Virus record (IMG/VR): IMGVR_UViG_3300045988_130618
Span: 1-56,135 of that record
Length of the DNA stretch: 56,135 nt
Source of the DNA: a virus
Strand: one strand, 5' to 3'
Position 1 is the stretch's first letter, and each line of letters begins with the position of its first letter. The position numbers were made by a program, and so were the translations under genes. The notes under the pieces were generated by a model. It had not been told where the DNA came from. It worked only from the letters and a program-made list of their open reading frames with translations, and made no database searches. Positions 51,966-56,135 of this stretch are shown here, piece by piece.

Positions 51966-52318
51966 TAAAATAATTTTCCTTTCTTTTTCTTTTTCACTTC
52001 TACTTTCTGTATTTTAGAAGAGGAATCTAATATATGTATTGCTATATTCATTAAATATTCCTTATCCTGCTTATTTAATCTATGATATAAATCAAATCCA
52101 GTAGTTCCATCAAAATCATACATAACATATCCATATTGAGTATCATTTATATCTATATCTTTTTGAAGTTCTACAAGTTGATTACTTAATTCATCATACT
52201 GCTTATCAGTTAATCTATTAGTATTTAATTCATAATAAGCAATCGCATTTAATATGATTTTTCTTTGCAGATAATTAATACACGTTATTTTATTCCAACT
52301 TCGAGGAAATTTTTGCAT
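51965..52318 (-). CDS. Hypothetical protein
   Basis: GAGGTG RBS; 117 aa. Confidence 0.55.
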   Translation of the reverse strand: MQKFPRSWNKITCINYLQRKIILNAIAYYELNTNRLTDKQYDELSNQLVELQKDIDINDTQYGYVMYDFDGTTGFDLYHRLNKQDKEYLMNIAIHILDSSSKIQKVEVKKKKKGKLF

Positions 52319-52553
52319 TTTTATTCACCTCATTTATATAATCTGTACACGCTTTAGCACAAACATCTTTTGATGAAAATACTTGTTCATCCCACAAACT
52401 ATTATATCTTATATCTCGAATATCATTAGAAGTTACAGTATAATACCAACCAGCATAATGAGCAGAATAGTTTATATTGCACTCAAATTTCTTGTATTTG
52501 CCTTTATAGAATTTATTATTACTCCAACTATATTTCACTTCAACAAGCTTCAT
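52290..52553 (-). CDS. Hypothetical protein (start trimmed to the ATG at 52553)
   Basis: GGAGGA RBS upstream of MKLVEVKYSW. Confidence 0.5.
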   Translation of the reverse strand: MKLVEVKYSWSNNKFYKGKYKKFECNINYSAHYAGWYYTVTSNDIRDIRYNSLWDEQVFSSKDVCAKACTDYINEVNKNAKISSKLE

Positions 52554-53334
52554 TTTTAATATCCTCCAATAATTTAATAAACATACATTCAATACTAGCT
52601 TTTTTATTAATAGCATTACGATTTAACTGATTCTTACATTCTGTTATGTAATTCAAACTTGCAGTAGAAATATTACAAAAATCGTAAATTTTGTAAAATC
52701 TTTTTTGAAATACTCTCATAAATAATAATCCATCAATTTTATCTGTTTCGGTTTGTTTTGATTTTAACTGAGTACAAGCTTTTAATAATTTTGTACCACT
52801 TCTTTCTTCTAATGCTTTTAATACATCATCTACACAATTTTCAGCTTTTTGTAATTCAGATTTCTCAATATGTAACTGTCCTATATTACTACAGTATTCC
52901 AATAAAATTTCATCTTTACACACGCTTCTCAATTCTTCTATTGTATAAGGTTCCATTTTAATGACTGTTCCTCGACTTTTAATAGTACCTAACATATTAT
53001 CTATATTATGTACTGTCATTATGAAATAAGCATTATTTGGAGGCTCCTCCACAACTTTAAGCAGTGCATTTTTAGCGGCAACAGACATATCATCTGCATT
53101 TCTAAAAATATACATCATAGGAGCTGTATATTCATAGGCATATTCAATAGTCCTTCTTACATCTTCTATCTTACATTCACTTATGATACCTGTTATATGT
53201 AGCATATTCATTATAGCTTTTGCAAATGTTAGTCTTCCACTTCCTTCATCCCCAGCTATAATAATGAATCTAGGGACAGACTTATTACATCTCCATCTAA
53301 TCAATGTTTGTATATTATTCTTCTGTCCTATCAT
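52540..53334 (-). CDS. Clamp loader delta-prime (HolB-like) AAA+ subunit
   Basis: FIIIAGDEGSGRLTFAKAIM (degenerate P-loop), LLKVVEEPPNNAYFIM, TIKSRGT (SRC-like). Confidence 0.6.
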   Translation of the reverse strand: MIGQKNNIQTLIRWRCNKSVPRFIIIAGDEGSGRLTFAKAIMNMLHITGIISECKIEDVRRTIEYAYEYTAPMMYIFRNADDMSVAAKNALLKVVEEPPNNAYFIMTVHNIDNMLGTIKSRGTVIKMEPYTIEELRSVCKDEILLEYCSNIGQLHIEKSELQKAENCVDDVLKALEERSGTKLLKACTQLKSKQTETDKIDGLLFMRVFQKRFYKIYDFCNISTASLNYITECKNQLNRNAINKKASIECMFIKLLEDIKNEAC

Positions 53335-53539
53335 TATTTTCTACCTCCAATGTTAGAAAGGCTGAACCTGTTAACATATATCTTCCAATACTTTCCAACC
53401 TACAATTACTTATTGCATACAAGTTTAAAGTATCATTTGACAACACATACACATCCTGAATATCATTATCATATATTTTTTTCTTAACTTCTGATATAGT
53501 TAATTGAGTAACTTTTAATTTATTATTATGTTTTGTCAT
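53315..53539 (-). CDS. Hypothetical protein (start trimmed to the ATG at 53539)
   Basis: GGAAAAGGAGAATAAT RBS upstream of MTKHNNK. Confidence 0.5.
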   Translation of the reverse strand: MTKHNNKLKVTQLTISEVKKKIYDNDIQDVYVLSNDTLNLYAISNCRLESIGRYMLTGSAFLTLEVENNDRTEE

Positions 53540-53540
53540 A

Positions 53541-54584
53541 TTATTCTCCTTTTCCACAATAAATCAAAATAGATAATTCTATTAATGTTTTAGGGTCAGT
53601 GTCCCACTTAATTTGATTATTTAAAGAAACTATAAAATTCATAACATCAAATACTGTATCATCAACAAGCTGTTCTAATTCATTCTCAAGTGTGTTAGGT
53701 AAACTTATATAATCAAAATTCTTATATAAAGCGTACTTTTCTACTTCTAAAACAAACTTAGCAAAATCTTTCATAAACTGCTTAACATCTTTACCTGCAT
53801 TATATATATTCTCTACTGTAGTAATCGCAGTTCCTTTTTCCTTATTCTGTAAAGCCGTTAAAAATAATATAAATGTGGAATAATCTTCACCACCTATTGT
53901 TTGCAATACATTTTCCAATGTTAAATCTGAGGATAAGGATAAGCACTTATCCATTAAAGTTATAGCATCTCTCATTCCACCATTAGATACTTTAGCTATA
54001 TATTCAATAGCTTCTATATTCCAATCATAAGCACCATCACAACCACACTCATTAGCTTCTTCACTTTCCATAATAAGTATGCTGGATAATCTTTCTACAA
54101 TTCCTTTATTACTTATCTTTTGAAAGTTATATCTCTGCACTCTTGAAAGAATTGTTGCAGGTACTTTCTGAGGGTCAGTGGTGCAGAAAATGAAAATAGT
54201 AAATTTTGGTGGTTCTTCCAATGTCTTTAATAATGCTTGCCAAGCTCCGTTTGACAATGAATGACACTCATCCACTATGAATATTTTATATTCTGCATCA
54301 AGTGGTTTTCTTTTAGCATCTTCTATAATCTGTCGTATGTTATCTACTCCACTATTACTTGCGGCATCCACTTCAATCGGATTTCCTTTTCCTACATTTA
54401 TCATATTAGCAAATATTCTTGCTGATGTTGTCTTTCCAGTTCCTGCTGGTCCAGTAAAAAGATATCCGTGCTGAAAAGTTTTAGTTTCCAACTGATTCAT
54501 TAATATGTCTTTTATTGCACTCTGTTCTGTCATATCGTCAAATGTTTTAGGACGATATTTTACTGCTAATGATTCCTTAGCCAT
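53541..54584 (-). CDS. Clamp loader ATPase (DnaX gamma/tau-like)
   Basis: KYRPKTFDDM, Walker A GPAGTGKTT, Walker B FIVDECH, LLKTLEEPP, ILSRVQ (SRC). Confidence 0.8.
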   Translation of the reverse strand: MAKESLAVKYRPKTFDDMTEQSAIKDILMNQLETKTFQHGYLFTGPAGTGKTTSARIFANMINVGKGNPIEVDAASNSGVDNIRQIIEDAKRKPLDAEYKIFIVDECHSLSNGAWQALLKTLEEPPKFTIFIFCTTDPQKVPATILSRVQRYNFQKISNKGIVERLSSILIMESEEANECGCDGAYDWNIEAIEYIAKVSNGGMRDAITLMDKCLSLSSDLTLENVLQTIGGEDYSTFILFLTALQNKEKGTAITTVENIYNAGKDVKQFMKDFAKFVLEVEKYALYKNFDYISLPNTLENELEQLVDDTVFDVMNFIVSLNNQIKWDTDPKTLIELSILIYCGKGE

Positions 54585-54847
54585 TATTCTTCCTCCTCTT
54601 CTATAAGTGGTAAAAACTTAATAAAATCTATCATAGATTTTACAAAATTAAATTCCTTATATGTTATGCCATTTCTCATAAGTGTAAATGTATAAGATGT
54701 TAAACCTTTAGCATTTAATTTTGTAAGTTCCTCTGTTATTTGTTGCTTACTACCACAAGGTATTCTCTTAACCTTGTCATTTTTCTTCACATTGATAATA
54801 ACAACATAAGTATTTTTTCTTTCAGTTCTTGTTCCATTTATTCTCAT
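54584..54847 (-). CDS. Hypothetical protein
   Basis: 87-aa ORF downstream of promoter P8. Confidence 0.55.
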   Translation of the reverse strand: MRINGTRTERKNTYVVIINVKKNDKVKRIPCGSKQQITEELTKLNAKGLTSYTFTLMRNGITYKEFNFVKSMIDFIKFLPLIEEEEE

Positions 54848-54881
54848 AATAAATCTACCTTTCTTAAATTAATTTATATAT

Positions 54882-54910
54882 ATTGTAATACATATAAATT
54901 AATAAGTCAA
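54882..54910 (-). promoter_or_regulatory. SigmaA-type promoter P8 (TTGACT-N17-TACAAT)
   Basis: Minus strand reads TTGACTtattaatttatatgtatTACAAT. Confidence 0.65.
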
Positions 54911-55230
54911 GACTTTTTATAAAGATTATCAGAAATCTCTATAATCTTATTCTTAATATCTGCATTTGTATGTTCATTATATCCTTTCTTATCGTATTCA
55001 GTAAACTTATATAATAAAGTGGTTGTTAAATCAGACAAAGCTTTATTATAACCATTTTCAAAGCCTTTAGAATATTGCTGTCTATCGTAATTAATAGCTT
55101 TAATAAGTTCTTCTTTATTTATATCAATACCTATTTTCTGGATAGCTTGTATTATATCATTTTCCAAGTTTGTTTCCATTTGTCCTATAATAATATCTAT
55201 AGGACTTTCATAACCTGTTATATTATTCAT
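54907..55230 (-). CDS. Hypothetical protein
   Basis: 107-aa ORF. Confidence 0.55.
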   Translation of the reverse strand: MNNITGYESPIDIIIGQMETNLENDIIQAIQKIGIDINKEELIKAINYDRQQYSKGFENGYNKALSDLTTTLLYKFTEYDKKGYNEHTNADIKNKIIEISDNLYKKS

Positions 55231-55640
55231 TTTTGAAACCTCCTTTTAGATTTTTCTATAGAAATAATATCTGCAAAAATATTAAAATTTAACTTATAAT
55301 TAGAACAAGAATAAGTCGGGTTCTTAATTGTTAATTTATCACAAGAAAAAACTCTGCTTATATTCTCAATTACATTATTATTAACACATTCACCGGATTC
55401 ATTATAAACACAACTAGCACAAGAAGGCTTTATCTTAATTGGATTCTCTACCAATTTTCCAAAAAAGCAATTACAATAATCATTTGTAGCTTTTCTAGTT
55501 TCTCTTGTATGTCCTTCTTCATCCCAAAATTCAGAAAATGTTATAATATTTATTCTTTCTTTTCCACAAAATGGACAAACAATTTTCTTTTCATATCTAG
55601 TATTCATATTCTCCTCTATTCTGCTTCTGATTGAAGCCAT
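55227..55640 (-). CDS. Cys-rich hypothetical protein
   Basis: CPFCGKE..., CNCFFG, CASCVYNESGEC; 137 aa. Confidence 0.55.
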   Translation of the reverse strand: MASIRSRIEENMNTRYEKKIVCPFCGKERINIITFSEFWDEEGHTRETRKATNDYCNCFFGKLVENPIKIKPSCASCVYNESGECVNNNVIENISRVFSCDKLTIKNPTYSCSNYKLNFNIFADIISIEKSKRRFQK

Positions 55641-56135
55641 TCCCCAACTTCTGTCACTGTGTGCATTGAAACCCCATTTTCAATAGTCTTAACGCTACCA
55701 TCTTCATAAGTTTCTATTGAACATATAAAATCAAGTAACTCTTCATCCGACATATTCCTTATCCTGTCGGCATTGGTCTGTTTATCGCTTTCCACAATTT
55801 CAAAATATGTATTAATGTCACTTAATACCGACTTTAAATCGTATGAGCTATATCCAATAGAATAATCCTTTTTGCCAACCTGTCTATACTTCAATTCATA
55901 ATAAGGCTTATCGTCTAGCATTCGTGCTATTATTTCTAAGCTATTTACCTTAGCCTTATTCATATTTGCTGTTATGCTATCACATCTGCAAGAAATCTTT
56001 TCTTCACTATCGTCAAATGCCTTTAGAAACATTTCAGCAATTTCTTTCTCGTATCTACCGCACATACCATTGCAATCAATATCCGCAATAATCCTTGAAA
56101 AGAAATCTTTGAATTTGTCAGCAATATAATCTCCT
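55616..56135 (-). CDS. Hypothetical protein, 5'-truncated by the contig end; the true start is at base 87 across the junction
   Basis: The frame upstream of the annotated ATG (56065) stays open to 56135 and continues in 52..1, then up to the ATG at 87. Confidence 0.6.
   Translation of the reverse strand, partial: GDYIADKFKDFFSRIIADIDCNGMCGRYEKEIAEMFLKAFDDSEEKISCRCDSITANMNKAKVNSLEIIARMLDDKPYYELKYRQVGKKDYSIGYSSYDLKSVLSDINTYFEIVESDKQTNADRIRNMSDEELLDFICSIETYEDGSVKTIENGVSMHTVTEVGEWLQSEAE
56084..56135. repeat. Terminal overlap copy (identical to 1-52)
   Basis: Exact 52-nt identity with the window start. Confidence 0.95.

Noticed and set aside
1-56135. All plus-strand ORFs in the track (for example 7535..7999, 21752..22210, 44886..45218, 26696..26935, 29982..30278)
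   Set aside because: Each lies antisense to a longer minus-strand ORF that has clear motifs. Their translations are low-complexity (F/L/I/S-rich) and I saw no GGAGG-type RBS. Gene packing on the minus strand leaves no room for them. I treat them as shadow ORFs of an AT-rich genome.

Overview
The window is a complete tailed dsDNA phage genome. Its first 52 nt repeat exactly at the end, so the contig closes on itself and the unique length is 56083 bp. The sequence is very AT-rich. Every credible gene lies on the minus strand, and the plus-strand ORFs in the track look like antisense shadows. GGAGG-type ribosome-binding sites, TTGACA-N17-TACAAT promoters, a GH73-type endolysin and a SigF/G-like sigma factor point to a low-GC Firmicute host (inference).

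Layout along the minus strand:
- The early and replication region runs 24610 down to 71, then wraps to 56083 down to 50629.
  - Replication genes: SNF2 helicase, replication initiator with internal iterons, DnaC-like loader, DnaB, a primase interrupted by an intein, two tRNA-type genes, a gp32-like SSB, family A DNA polymerase, sliding clamp and a three-gene clamp loader.
  - Recombination genes: a Cas4-like nuclease, RuvC and RecA.
  - A 7-deazaguanine DNA-modification island: folE, queE and queD plus a methyltransferase and a DpdA-like gene.
  - Nucleotide-related genes: a ThyX-like gene and a cone-less NrdR-like gene.
- The late region runs 50569 down to 24668. It holds the sigma factor, terminase, portal, scaffold, capsid, tail genes, a lysis cassette and an accessory island with sporulation/exosporium-like proteins.

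The most interesting signals:
1. A 7-deazaguanine island that lacks QueC and carries a small-molecule-type SAM methyltransferase.
2. Twelve DnaA-box-like 9-mers packed on and upstream of the capsid-operon promoter.
3. An accessory island with a BclA-C-terminal-like protein and a YjcZ-like protein.
4. A structured leader with interleaved inverted repeats ahead of the initiator gene.
5. A LAGLIDADG intein splitting the primase zinc finger.

All homology calls are by-eye motif recognition. No database search was run.
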